Shown here in pieces: positions 1 through 13,300 of a stretch of 64,000 bases of DNA. The DNA comes from Owenia fusiformis. Lineage: Eukaryota. Each line of letters opens with the position of its first letter. Position 1 is the stretch's first letter. The stretch lies in contig CAIIXF020000001.1 of the NCBI GenBank assembly GCA_903813345.2, forward strand, positions 14,570,001 to 14,634,000, written 5' to 3'. The notes beneath the pieces were generated by a model, which saw only the letters and a program-made list of their open reading frames with translations, was not told where the DNA came from and searched no databases. A program made the position numbers and the translations under genes.

Positions 1-1190
1 CATCGCATGTTTTTTGCCGAAAAGATTAAGAAAATCGGTTCATAAATAAGCGAGAAATGAACTCATCTGTGCATGAAAATGGTTCCGAGAAAAATGCATT
101 TCAAAATTTTAGTTCTCATAGAAACCAATGGTACATTACACGTCGCACGAAACTGGGGACAATTAGCGTAACATTATGGCGTCAAAAAACCAAAACAAAA
201 CAATGAGCAGTATAGGGCGCAAACAGCCTTACAACGTCAAAAACGACAAGCGTCACATTTTTTACAAGTTTACTCAACCTAAAAATAAAATACTTTATCC
301 TTATCTAATCTTTACAAAATTCACAGGGTAGCAAGATCTCGAGGACAATATTTCTAAAATGTTTTTGAATTTTGAAAAACGGTCAAGAAATCCATTTGGG
401 GCGTTAGTAAATATTGATATGTATGGAATTTGTGGTACAAAATCGATGCGTCACATTTTTTCAAGTCTCGAAAACCAGCTCTTATTTTAATATTATTTGC
501 AAAATAGACAAACTGGTTATTGTTTTGTAAATTTCGCCATGACAATATTGTGCAGTTAATTTTTCTTTCAAATCAGACCTAAAGAAGGTTAAATGAAGGT
601 AAACTTATTGCTCGTCCCATTCGCCTTCAAAACCTTACACAATTTCTAAATTTTTAAAAGCGTTCGTTTTAAGATAATTTGAACTGTAGCCGTCAATCAA
701 TTGTGACGTCATAAATGCACATGTTCGATTGAATAAAATGTGAAATTTTAGTGCGATTTTGATCATTATTTCAAAAGTTATCCCAATTTCAATGATTTCA
801 ATTTCAATTTTTAATGATATCTAAAACATATTCTTCCTTTTAACCTGGTTAGACAATCAACATTGGTTTATTATTGAAGTTTTTGCCACCTTAGTGACAT
901 CACTAATGTTGTAAAATATTTTTGATATGCTAAAACATTGAATTTGCCCATTAAATATGGCATTTTATTATTGAAATAGTGTGTCCTTTGTTCAGTCTTT
1001 GCATTGGTGTTAAAAAGATAATCTTTTTTGAAATGCATCAAGAAATATTTGATGATTAAAAAATTTCAACTTTTTTTGAAAAATGACGGGAAATTTGAAT
1101 TTTTGAGAAATGAAATGGTCACAACTTTATTTCAAAAATTTTTTTTTCAAAAATCTCTAAAATAACTTTTTGAGTCGTGACAAATAGTAA
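1..1190. mobile_element. Probable internal fragment of an old DNA transposon (unclassified)
   Basis: No coherent ORF. A/T-tract-rich with recurrent TGACGTCA/GTGACATCA motifs (about 705, 895), similar in style to 38300-39460. Termini not visible. Confidence 0.25.
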
Positions 1191-1199
1191 ATGAATAAT

Positions 1200-1606
1200 A
1201 ATGCTGATATAGCAGTATCAATGAAATATTGACTGAGTTTCTTTCAACCTGTCTTAATTGCCAGCTTTAGTTGAGCAATCTTTGAGATTGGGTGACTTTA
1301 TACCATCTCCTGGAGACCTTCCCGTACCCAATATTCACTGGGGTTTTCATCAGGACTATTAGCTCGGTGGTCATCAGGCTGTATGAGTTCAGGTACATTA
1401 TGGAAATTCTGTTCGTTTCTCATGGCACACCACATGTTTAAGTGAGACGATGGTGATATATTTTATTGAAGTAAAAGTGTACAATTCATAATCCACGGCT
1501 AGATTGCATCTTCAAGTTTCATTTGGTATGCAACTTATGATTTTGGATCGAAAATTAAAAAAATTATAGCATTTTGTTTTAAAAAGTGGCTTTTTAGCCC
1601 ACCGTG
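1200..1606 (-). mobile_element. Tc1/mariner deletion derivative, partial inverted copy of 21988-22601
   Basis: 1201-1465 is the reverse complement, with substitutions, of 22131-22378. The minus strand reads PDDHRANSPDENPSEYWVREGLQE, a remnant of the transposase SPDLNPxxxxW motif. TIR-like GCCCACCGTGTA at about 1597-1607. Confidence 0.75.
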
Positions 1607-1894
1607 TAATTAAGCAATCTGAATAAAATGTTCATTTTTTGATTGCAATTCTACTTCCTACACCCCACCCCCTCCCCACAAAAGAGGGATCTGATAAAAT
1701 AGAAGGGTATGCAGTTGTAAACAAAAAGCTGACCATCTTTTTAAACATTGGTCAATGAACTTTACACATAGAGGTTTAAACATGATGGAATCAAATTCTG
1801 GCAAAAAATCACAAAAACAGAGGTCTCTATAGGATGAGAGTACCATATATGTATCTTACATTTGTATCATGTATGTTTCATATGTGTTTTTCAG

Positions 1895-2003
1895 GGACCC
1901 AGAGCATATGAAAACATCATCGGAGACAGATGCAAGAAAACCATTATTAGCCAATGACAAAACCTGCGACAGATATGGAAGCAATGTTCACGATATACAA
2001 TAA
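1895..2003 (+). CDS. Probable terminal coding exon of a gene starting upstream of the window (membrane-protein-like C-tail)
   Basis: Acceptor gtgtttttcag at 1894; phase-2 frame gives DPEHMKTSSETDARKPLLANDKTCDRYGSNVHDIQ*. The acidic-PLL and YGS motifs resemble endolysosomal sorting tails. Upstream exons are not visible. Confidence 0.45.
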
Positions 2004-4327
2004 TATAGTGTTCGTTTTTGATATAGTTATGAAAAGCAGTTTATTGCCTTTGAGCGGATATACAGATACAGAACGATGTCAATCCAAAGACACGTATCAT
2101 TGATGACGCAAGATAATTGGCTCTATCATTTATCACATAATGGGTTTTAAATTAGGATTACTTTTATATGGAAATAATACAACCTAAGTGTCTCGTAAAT
2201 CATATTCTGAATCGCTTGTCTTCTTTCACTTTCTATAATCACTTTAACGAAGATCTTCCTCCTAGTCCTTATTTGGTACTAAATGAATACTAGTTAAGTG
2301 GGAAAATGACAAGAAATACTGGACAACTCTTCTATACAATTCATTAGGCTGCCAAGACAACTCACCTACCGGACTACCCGTCACCTAGCTCTAGACAAAA
2401 TAATTCTAGGGCAATCACTTAGGTAACCAACTAAATGCAAGCCACTTCCTCAAGGCCAATATGAGCATCTCAGCCAATAACCAAAAATGGGGATGTAAGA
2501 TGCTGATGGTTCCGCTATACATTCTTTTTATGAGTTGCAAATATAACATCGAGTATATTGTCTAGCTACAAGACCTTGCACACCTGTGTTAGATGGTGTT
2601 TAGTCAAGTAGAGGGGGGGGGGGTCACAGAGGCGTGTAGTTAGACTATCGAGTATACGTTGCATTACAATGCATTTTGGCGTACACTCCCCTCGATAAGT
2701 TTGGTAATCGGGAGTTCCCCTTTGGATCACTATCAAAAATCGATGTTTTGACTATTTGAAATCATCAAAATCAATTTTTTTAGAAATATTGCATCAAGAA
2801 ACAAAATTGATTAAATTCCAAACATTAACAGGCTTTAGATGTTATCCGGTGAAAACGTAAATAGTATGGTTGCCTAACCTTTGGAGGGGACTTTAACTTT
2901 CTAGTTAAAATAGCATAAATTGTTGATTTACAGGCGACTGTGAATACTTGGGATGTGGATGATCTATGACAACTCTTTCTTGAAGATATAAAATTGTACC
3001 TTATTGTACTATTAGAGACATAATTGATGTAATCAGAGATCTGCTTAAATATGTCTGATAATTCATTGTTTTTGGAAATATGGTAACCATGGTTTCCTAT
3101 GAGGAGTGGGCCAAAAACGTCCATATTTTGTATTTTCAATTATTTTTTAATAGTATACATGAATTTCAAAAATATTTTCGTTGGCTGCAGCATTCAATTA
3201 GACTATCAGTTCTAAAATGAAACTGCATAGATACCAGGTTGTTCAATTTATTCGCGGAAAGTACTTTTTATTGCACGTGTTTCTTCTCCTTACCAAATTC
3301 CTTTTGCTCAGTCAGTTTTTCTTCATCGAATTCATCTTGTTTGTATATACAAACTTGTTCGAAACGATTGCTTTGAAAATCCTTACAACTGTTTTTTTTT
3401 CAATTAAACCCATCGTGTCTGTTATCCTACCTTATATAGAATCCCCGTAGATTTATTTATGCCATTTTAAGAACGGTTCAAAGATGATACATCGACAGAA
3501 TTTTTGCCTCACAACACCCTTTTCAAATCCCAACGCTCCTCTACAGCTACAAACTTATGCTATTACCTTGAGATATTAGAACAGTACACAGGTGAATGAA
3601 TATGATTACTTAGATAACATGACATTTTATAATACACACAAGACATTTAAGACTTAACTGTCTGATACATTTATCTAAAAAGAATTATCTTTATTACATA
3701 TCACACAGACAGAACGTATAGTTAACACTTCCCGTTCTTTGTCTAACATTACATAAGGTTATCTCACTGTCACATATGTGACAATATCCGTGACGTTGAG
3801 AGACTCTGCTTCGTTGATATAGTTCAACGGTGATGCAAGTATAATTAAGCACATCTATCAGAATACATTCAAAGCTGTGAATCACACCATAGGGTTGTTG
3901 TAAGACTAGTATATTACGTGTCTCGCAGTCATCAGGCGAACGGACTCTCTTTAATCATTACTTCAATCGTAATTTCACCTACTCAGCTTAAGGTTGATAT
4001 CAAAGCATCTTGCGAAGGCATGCACAGAAGGGTGCATTTTTTCTTCGAAAACATTTTCAATGAAGTTTGATATCCCTCAATTAATATCTCAAAGTTTAAA
4101 GGAATAATAAAAGCGAACGTTGTTGCATTTTCTGTAGACAACTCCAATATTATCCTATATCAGACACCTGGTTGTATGCGTTGATTAAAGGCAGTGAAAT
4201 CAACGTGGTATACATCTTAGATTTCAAGTCTCAGATAAAATGTCATTTTGAACAGTAGATCATTACCATCATAGTCTCCATTACCAAATGTCGGATATAT
4301 GAAATATGTATATAGCATCATAGTGTC

Positions 4328-7300
4328 TTATAAGTCACATTTGAATGGTGGTGCACTCGGACAGGAAAATTTACTATCTTGAGGGAGTAACCCAGCCAAG
4401 TAGGGCGCTATCCTGGAATAGATAAACATAATTATAAATATTGTTTCATGATATGATAACACTTTTAAGGACGACCCCTTCATAAGTTTGGCCATAGCCT
4501 TTCATGAATCTGTGTATATATCATCTGAGTATATGTGTTATTTAGTGTGAAATTGGTGATCCAATCGTGTCTGGTTTAGTAGCAACGATAAAATCCAATT
4601 AGCTGTAAAAGAACCAATCATACAGTCAGTTATATCTTTTTCATATGCTGAGCTACAGATTAACACCCTGGGTTTTGCTTTTACGGCAATTTGAAGTGTC
4701 ACAAAAAATAATATTCCATATAAAGAATAATTAGATGATTAATTGTCATCATATAGTAATTTAAATATCTATTATATTATATGTCAGTTTCAAACATTCA
4801 TTAAGAATAATTTGTTTTAATCTTTAAATAATTGCCATAAACAGACTCTAACAAGTTTTGTTAATGGGACTACCAGTTGCCAATTTTTTGAGAGGGGGGT
4901 GTAAGAACATTAATTCTTGTCTTACCACTGAGTATCGTGCATAGATTGGACTCGGTGAAGCTTGCATCTTGCCTGAAGAAATAAGATATAGATTTTAATG
5001 TTTACCTTTTAGGGCACAAATTTTAATTTCACATTTTCCTCGTCAAAACTTTCAAATGAAACAATTGTGAGATATTCTATACTAAACCAAAAAACTCATA
5101 TAAAATGCATATCGTTCTTTACCTGCAGGCTTCCTATTGTTACCACGTCTTCGTTAATTAGATCATGGAGTCCTATTAGTTTTCTATTTTCGCTATTTGC
5201 ATCATTCATCGCCTGTAATATTAATAAATTCTTCGTGCGAATGTGTCTTGTAAAAGATGAACGTAAATTGATGGAATTGAGAAATTAATAGCAGAGTAAA
5301 CTAATTTACCATCTTGAATGCCCAGAGCGAAAGATATATAGGTCACAGAAATGTTCACTAAATGGCGAAATATGAAAAGGGTATTGTATTAAAGAGGTTA
5401 AATGGAAATAGACGACTGCAAATGCAGTCTAGCTGCAAGACCCTGTGACCCCCCCCTCTACTTGAGTTTTCTACTTCTTCTGACACCTTCTCTTGTAGTG
5501 GGGGAGGGGTCACAAAGGCTCGAAGCAAGACTACTGCAAAGCTATACCTTCAGGTTTGGCCTCACCTTTAAAACAATTTGCAATGCTTGTAGATCAGTAA
5601 GCAACATTTTGAATTCATCATCGGATGCATCAAGTAGAACATGCTTCTTGAAGCATTCTTGCTTTCTCATATAACTCGCCAAAGTATTTTCACTCCAACA
5701 CTTGGAGGATTTTGTGATTGCAATTTGATGGTTGCTATCGTCAGTAATTGTCTCAGCCAGAGCAATTGCTATAAGATAGCCTAAATTGCTGTACAATGCA
5801 GATCTAAACGGAAATGTACACCATTACAATTTGACTATGGGTTTGATTGATAAAGTATATTTTCATTAGTGATATTACTCCACTTCATATCATGCGGCAA
5901 TATGGAAATTATATTGGCATACTATTAAGTCGAGAGTTATGGTATCGTTCAACTTTGGCATTCTGGTACTCATCACATCTTTCTGTTTTTCTACTAGCAA
6001 TATAGAAAATAATGGAAGGCAATTATTTCTTGAAATGTACCTTTAGGATCTGTATAAATGTGTGATAGTCAAATTATATACCAGTTAAAGTCATGAATTT
6101 TTAGAGATAAATCGACGTTTTGAACAGGAAAAAATGTACAGCACAAACGACATCTCAAACAATGATCAAACAACCATTGTACGACGTTGTTCAAGTTGGT
6201 TGATTATAAAAAGTTACATCATGAATTTCCGACCTAGTACACCCTATGCAGACGGAGCTTGTGAGAAATATTGGGTGAAAATAGTGATGTAATTCATTCT
6301 GTAGCGACGCAGTATGCATTAAACCTTTCACAGGCCTATATCTTGTCGTTTTTATACAGCGTGACAGTTTGGTGAAGCAGTTGACGTGGTTCAAGTACTC
6401 TCACAACACAAACTGTCACAATGTCACCAAAGGATATTTTTTTATGTTTATTGAGCTTTTCCGCACCAAATATATTTAGTGGGGGCTCATATCTAATGAA
6501 CATTTCGGATTGAAGATCAAACAGAAACTGTCTGGCTTCCAAGATGCAGAAATAATTTGTATTGATAGTGTACCTTGTGTTACGCAGAATATGGCATATA
6601 TTCATGGTTGCGCGGTATTTGTGATACAGGTGAATATGCCATACTCACCTGCGGTATATGGCATATCCCGCAGGTGAGTATGGCATATTCCGCAGTGAAT
6701 ATGTGATACATTGATTTTAATGAATACTCGATTCTCACCTGCTGAATATGTCATACTCATTTGCAGAATATGGCACATACACTAGATGAAAACGCAGGTG
6801 AAAACATGATACAGAGAGCCTTAATTTGATTGGTTGCGAAAATCGACTCTAAATGTAAAACTATACTGGATTACCAATATTTTTAGTGCCTCGAGTACTA
6901 ATATATAAATCCTTGATTTATTGAATAAGTGTATTACGTGATACTGCCAAGTGATACTTCTGCATTAGTTGATATATTCAATGCAGCTGTACTGTTGATT
7001 CAGTAATCATTATGATAATTTATAAACTTTTACCCGTTACCCATTCGATGCAATTGACAATTGCGTACTTCCGTATCACGTTCTCATTGGTTAATGAGTA
7101 TGTCATATACCGCAGGTAAATCAGTCATACACCGCAAGTGAATATGCCATATTCGTTGCAGAATATGACATATATTTGTATCGTGTTTACCGCGTAACAT
7201 CTTGAACACCATTTTTATGAATACTGGAGACGCTGTATAAAAACGACAATTTCAAAATAGATTGACCTGGGAAAGGTTTATGCATACTGCGTCGCTATAT

Positions 7301-10300
7301 AATGAAATACATCAATATTTTTACAATTTTATTGATATTAGGTGTCAACTCCACACATATGGAAATATTCAAAGACCCAAAATGGCCTAGTTTCAGAAAT
7401 ATCACAAATTCAAAAATGACCGTTAAATCCGCAGCATCCGCTCATTCATGCCGCACCCAATATTTCTCACAGAGTCCGTCTGCAAAGGGTTTATGGGCAA
7501 TCTATCCAATGTGATTAAAGGCTGCCAAACTGTAGATGGAGAGTGTGCCTCATAAGAACTATAACTTGATAAAAATACATCAGTTTTGATACGATCAGCG
7601 AGTGCATGCTGTGCATGTTTAACGGTTCAAAACTCACATTGGAACTCTTGTTAAATCCCCGGCCCAAACAATTGCACTTGGTGGTATGTCTATAATTACA
7701 AAAACACTCGTATTATTAAAGTCATATGAAGTTATTAATAATGAAATATGATGAAATATGGCTTCAGCCCATTACATACAGCAATTATTTCAGGCCATTT
7801 ATAGTACAAAAGCAGGATCAATAGAATAATAAATATAATGACATAATTACGAGATTATAGTACACTTTTATTGACTAATCAAGTTATGTAAATAATATTA
7901 ATGCAACTGTACCTATTGAATTCGATGAAGGGTCGTATGATGGAGCAAATGACAACAGGGCGGTGTTTGGACTCCCATGTCTGAAAGGATTTAAACATAG
8001 TTTAGAATACATGTGCTACATGTATGTTCGATCCAATCCTTTGACGTTATTTATGTAGTTCAGATATATCCTTCCATGTCATTTCGATATTACGAAAACT
8101 ATTTATTATATGTTCTGGATATCATTAATAATTGTTTTTGGACTTGGACATGGCAAACAATTACTGGAGAGACATCTTTCTATTTGAATTGGCAGTATTT
8201 ATTCTTCGATTCATTCTAGATATCATTAAAGTCTTATAACATACGAGGGCTCATCCATTAGTTCTCATAAATGTCTCTAAAATCTTCAAAGAACTGCACG
8301 TACCACACGGGACTAACTATAGGTATGTAAATAAATATTATATCTTACCTGTGATCACGCTCTCGCACACTGCTTGATGTTTTCCTGACAGAACTGAATA
8401 ATGCAAATCGTCTCACTAACAGCAGTTGTTCGATATAACTCAACGACGAATTCAATCCAAGCTGGTAATAAAAAAGATACTCAAATACTAGTAAGTAGTA
8501 TATGAGTTGCAAGTACATGTACATACTCGTAAGCTTATATCATAATTTCAACAATAAACACTGTGGTGGAACTCTTCAAACTGTTTACGAACACGGATAC
8601 GTTCCAGTAACAAAATGGATCAGACTAAGAGGTACGATTTTTTCCTTGATTTCACGAGCTGTAGTCAAAATCGTTACGACCTTTTAGGCAGACACGTGGT
8701 GTGTCAGCATCATGTGTAAAAGAAAAACGGAACGAACGAAACGTCAGAATCATCGATATAATTCCTTAACCGTTCCATTTTCGTAACAATAACGAGGAAT
8801 TATTTTGATCATTCTGGCGTCTCACGAAATATTCTTTCGCAAACGCTTAGATTTTCTGAAATACATATGATGACGACACACGATTGAGTCATAAAGGTCG
8901 TGAATATTTCTGCCTACAACTTGTGAAATCATGAAAAAGAAAAATCTTACCCTCGAGGCTTCACCATTTTGTTACATAAACGAGCCCGTTCTTCCGTAAC
9001 CAGATTCAAGAGTTCCACCACATAAATCCACAATACCAATCAAATAATTCCTTGAAAACAATGTCTAATACAATCGTTAAATACACGCTCATAACTCTAC
9101 CTTCTGATGATATTCGTTCATGTCCGATATGTCTGCAATGCCAAAGTTTACCTTCAAACCATTCAACTACAAGAAAATACTATAATATATCAAGGGGGTG
9201 GAACACAAGAATGTGGTATATTATAAGAATGCGACAGCATCTTAAAGTTCGCAGGAGATCGTTCGACGCTCATGTAGAAAAGAGACATGAGAAGACGTGA
9301 ATACTTCTGAGCCTTAGATATGAGAAACGCGTCTTTGAAAAAGTAATTATTTGCCATGAAAAATCCGAATTTGGCCAACGAGTGTTAATCAAATTAATAT
9401 TTGAAATCTGAGTGTAACATCTGTACCCTTTCTTTTAGGCACGTCTTTGTCTGTTCGTCCATCCAACTACGACCTTCGATTTGGTTCAGCGCAGCATATT
9501 TGAGCGCCTCGACCAAAGTGTTTAACTAAAACATGTTGGTTGTATGTGTAAATCAAAGGAAAATATGTATGAATTTAACAATTTCTGATTCAAATAGGCC
9601 TAGTTACTCGTATGTCTCCGATGTACTAACCATTTTTTGTTGCCCCTCATAATTTTGAAAATGTAGTTGGTAGAGTGCATTTGCTCCAAGGTGGAGGTAC
9701 TGGTTAACGGTGACCAGACATTTTACATTGAGGTCAACGTGCGTGTCGCTCTGTAGAAAATCAATCATGGTGTAATAATTGATCGTATCCCATACATACT
9801 CTTGTATCACAGTCCATATCATAAAATTGTACAAATCCCTGAAAAAATTCATTGGCGTTTACTGAATAGTAGGTCGGTATCCCTGAAAACATTGATTGGC
9901 GATTACTGAAAAGTAGTTCGGGTTGTCTTTTAATGTTTTTCTAAATTTTGGAGTAGAAACTATTTATAATCACATGGGCATGGGGACGTTTTATAAATAC
10001 AAATTCGCGATACCTTCTGGAGTCATTGTACAGTTGAGAGAGTCTTGTGAACAGTTCTATGTTTTGGACTGCAACATAATTGTCATCTTCGAGCAGAAAG
10101 CCAAAGTCATTAAACAAAGAAGTCCAATTTACCTGAAGATACAATTTTAAAGTTTTACATGGAAGGTCAAAGTGCATTTTTGGAAAATATTATTGTCTTG
10201 AATTACACTTGTAATATAACAAATTAAATGCGGTTAAACCAGGTATATGAACGTTTGAGTGTATTGAGGAATCTTGATTCTTTTTCTCTCGGTTGAACAT

Positions 10301-13300
10301 CAATAAATGTTTCTGGAAAATTCATGATTGAAAATGAGATGAGTATTTTTTGTGTCTACACTCACGGGGTACCATCGAATAATTTTGGCAACGTACCAGA
10401 GAACGACATTTTACTAAGAAATGGCAATACTTTAGCACAATATATTTTTTAACTACAGTTCTACTTTGATTTTGACAAAAGTAAGTATTCCATGCAATGG
10501 CTATTTCATTCATGAGTTTGTAGGAATTCTGTTGGAACCCAGTTCTGATCAAGTACGAAGTTATTGAAATCGGCGCAGTCGGACTTTACTCCGAAAGATG
10601 GTTTTTCGATTATAACTTTTTACAACATTTAAGTATAGACTTTTGAAAAAAGTACAGAATAGTCCTTATACTATTGAATAATTCTGTTATTTCTGATTCA
10701 CACGACTCTGATTTGTTTAATCAAAAAAAAGTTTTAAAAACATTACTTAGGAACGTAACCGGAGCTGGGAACGTAACCGGAGCAGATCAGTTGAATTAAA
10801 ATATATGATTTAAAGCATATATATTAATAAATACGCATTCGAACAATCCCGTATGTTTTTAAATTAGTATATGTGCTTTAAATCATATATTTTAATTTTT
10901 TTGATGAAATAATTCAACTGATCTGCTCCGGTTACGTTCCCAGCTCCGGTTACGTTCCTAAGTAATATTTTTAAAACTTTTTTTTAATTAAACAAATCAG
11001 AGTCGTGTGAATCAGAAATAACAGAATTATTCAAAAGTATAAGGACTATTCTGTACTTTTTTCAAAAGTCTATACTTAAATGTAGTGAAAAGTTATAATC
11101 GAAAAACCATCTTTCGGAGTAAAGTCCGTCTGCGCCGATTTCAATAACTTCGTACTTGATCAGAACTGGGTTCCTACAGAATTCCTACAAACTCATGAAT
11201 GAAATAGTTATTGCATGGAATACTTACTTTTGTCAAAATCAAAATAGAACTCTAGTTAAAAAATATATTGTGCTAAATTATTGCCATTTCTTAGTAAAAT
11301 GTCGTTCTCCGGTACGTTGCCAAAATTATTCGATGGTACCCCGTGACACTATCACTTTTGTTTGAAAATGGTTTACATGTTAATCGTGTTAGAAATAATT
11401 GTTATTTTGTAAAATATTTCTTTCTTTGTTATTAATGCCTCAGTCGCATTTGATCTACGGCAAGCGTACGGCGGCCAAAGTTTGCTAAAATGGAGAGGAA
11501 ATATGCAGCATGACATTAAGGGATAAGCAGTAAGGACGACGTAATCTTCTAATATCGATTTTACGAAGCTACGGCCCCCTATGGCCGCCGTAGATCAAAT
11601 ATGACTGAGGCTTACTTACATTCGGAAACAATGCACGAATTGTAGAAACGAATATATATTCAATGTCATCATTTCCAGAAGGAATGCCACGCTGAAAAAA
11701 GAGGATACGATATCAAATTGATTTAGTTACATTTATAAGTAGTATTGTGGTTGATTTTATTCTTTATAATGTTAATCCTATAAATTGTGGTAAGGTGGTG
11801 GTACTTTTGCTATGGATGTTGACACGACACTCGTATTATGGACTTGCAAGACATTGTTTTGTGTTGGATCATAGTTTGGGATATTATGGGTTTGTTTTCC
11901 TTATGACTGGGTACTTTGTTCTTAAATATCTCTGTGTTTTGTAATTCTCTTTTGAATTGACCGCAAAATACTTCCCCCCCCATCCCCTCTCGAAGACCTC
12001 AACTTTCGTTTTTCTTGTAAGCACCGTACTGCTTATTACATATTCAAGACATTATATTTAAAAAAGGAACTCAACAAGCGTTGTAGAGGACGATTGGACA
12101 CTTTTTAAAGTATATAAGTCATAAGCTTTTTCTAATGCGTTTCTTTCACCGTTCGGCTTACCATATTGCTCTTCATCTGCTTTGCCTTCTCATCGATGTC
12201 TTCGGGGTCTAAGGAGAGCAGATTCGCCAAGTTATCAAATGTATCGACGTACTCGGGAGGCGAAATCTGAAATACAATGTATACGTAATAAGTATGTACA
12301 CTTTGTAAGCAAATTGTATAATTGTTTTCGACAACCAATTTGACGGTGGGACTGTTATTTGATCCGATCTTGAACAAGATACAGAAAGGTTATATGCATT
12401 GGGTACATACTTTAAAATATTTTAAGTATTTCAGTACATTTGCCAAGAAATTGCATTACCCTCCGCGCAGTCAAGTAAAAATCAACCAGACGAAGCTCTC
12501 TTTTGAGAGGCTATGTCGAACGAATGTAAAGGGTAATACAGCATAAGCAAAGGTCACATGAAATGTGAATTAGGAATATCACTGGTGATCCACTCGATTA
12601 CGCTGGTTACCAAAACGAACCGTTTTGGTAACAAAATGCCGGAACGTCGAAGGCACGATTTTTCTTTTTTCCTTTCCTTTCACGCGTTGTAGGCAGAATC
12701 CCCACGACGTTTTTCTCACAACGTGCATCAGTATCATATGTTTTAGAAAATGTACATGTTTGCGAAAAAATAGCTCAGAGGACAACAGAATCGTCGATTT
12801 ACTTCCTCACTTAAGTTACATAAACGGTTTTTCGAAAAACAGTTAAGATCTGCACTTTTAACCCAAACCGTTTATGTGACTTAAGTGAGGAAGTAAATCG
12901 ACGATTCTGTTGTCTTCTGAACTATTTGTTCGCAAATATGTACACTTTCTTAAACATATGATACTGATACACGTTTGTGTTAAAAAATGTCGTGGGAATT
13001 CTGCCTACAACGTGTAAATAAGGAAACGAGAAAAATCGTACCTTCCGGATGTTCCGACATTTTGTTACCAAAACGAACCGTTTTGGTAACCAGCGTAATC
13101 GTGTGGATCACCAGTGAATATGGCCATGCACGTAGTGGTCACCTACCAACAACGTTTTGCTTCGACCTCTTTGTTCGATTTTGCTGAGGTGAAACAATAC
13201 GTCTACGGCATACGTAGTCAGCGAAGTTCTGAGAGCACTGTCAAATCTGGACTCAAACTCTTCTTGAGAAAGTACTAGAAACCAAAAATATTAGAAATTA

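Noticed and set aside
3694-3885. Cys-rich ORF as the last exon of the neprilysin-like gene
   Set aside because: Exon 4412-4328 supplies the expected FxCP..KC terminus and stop; this ORF has no M13 similarity.
9190-9426. Read-through of two in-frame TAA codons extending the WMDEQTK exon into ORF 9190-9378
   Set aside because: A donor at 9425-9426 and a clean 66-nt exon at 9166-9101 give a continuous M13-like sequence without recoding.
10322-11365. Duplicated small genes MIRTGF(Q/L)QNSYK on opposite strands
   Set aside because: Mirror translations of the two arms of a palindromic MITE.
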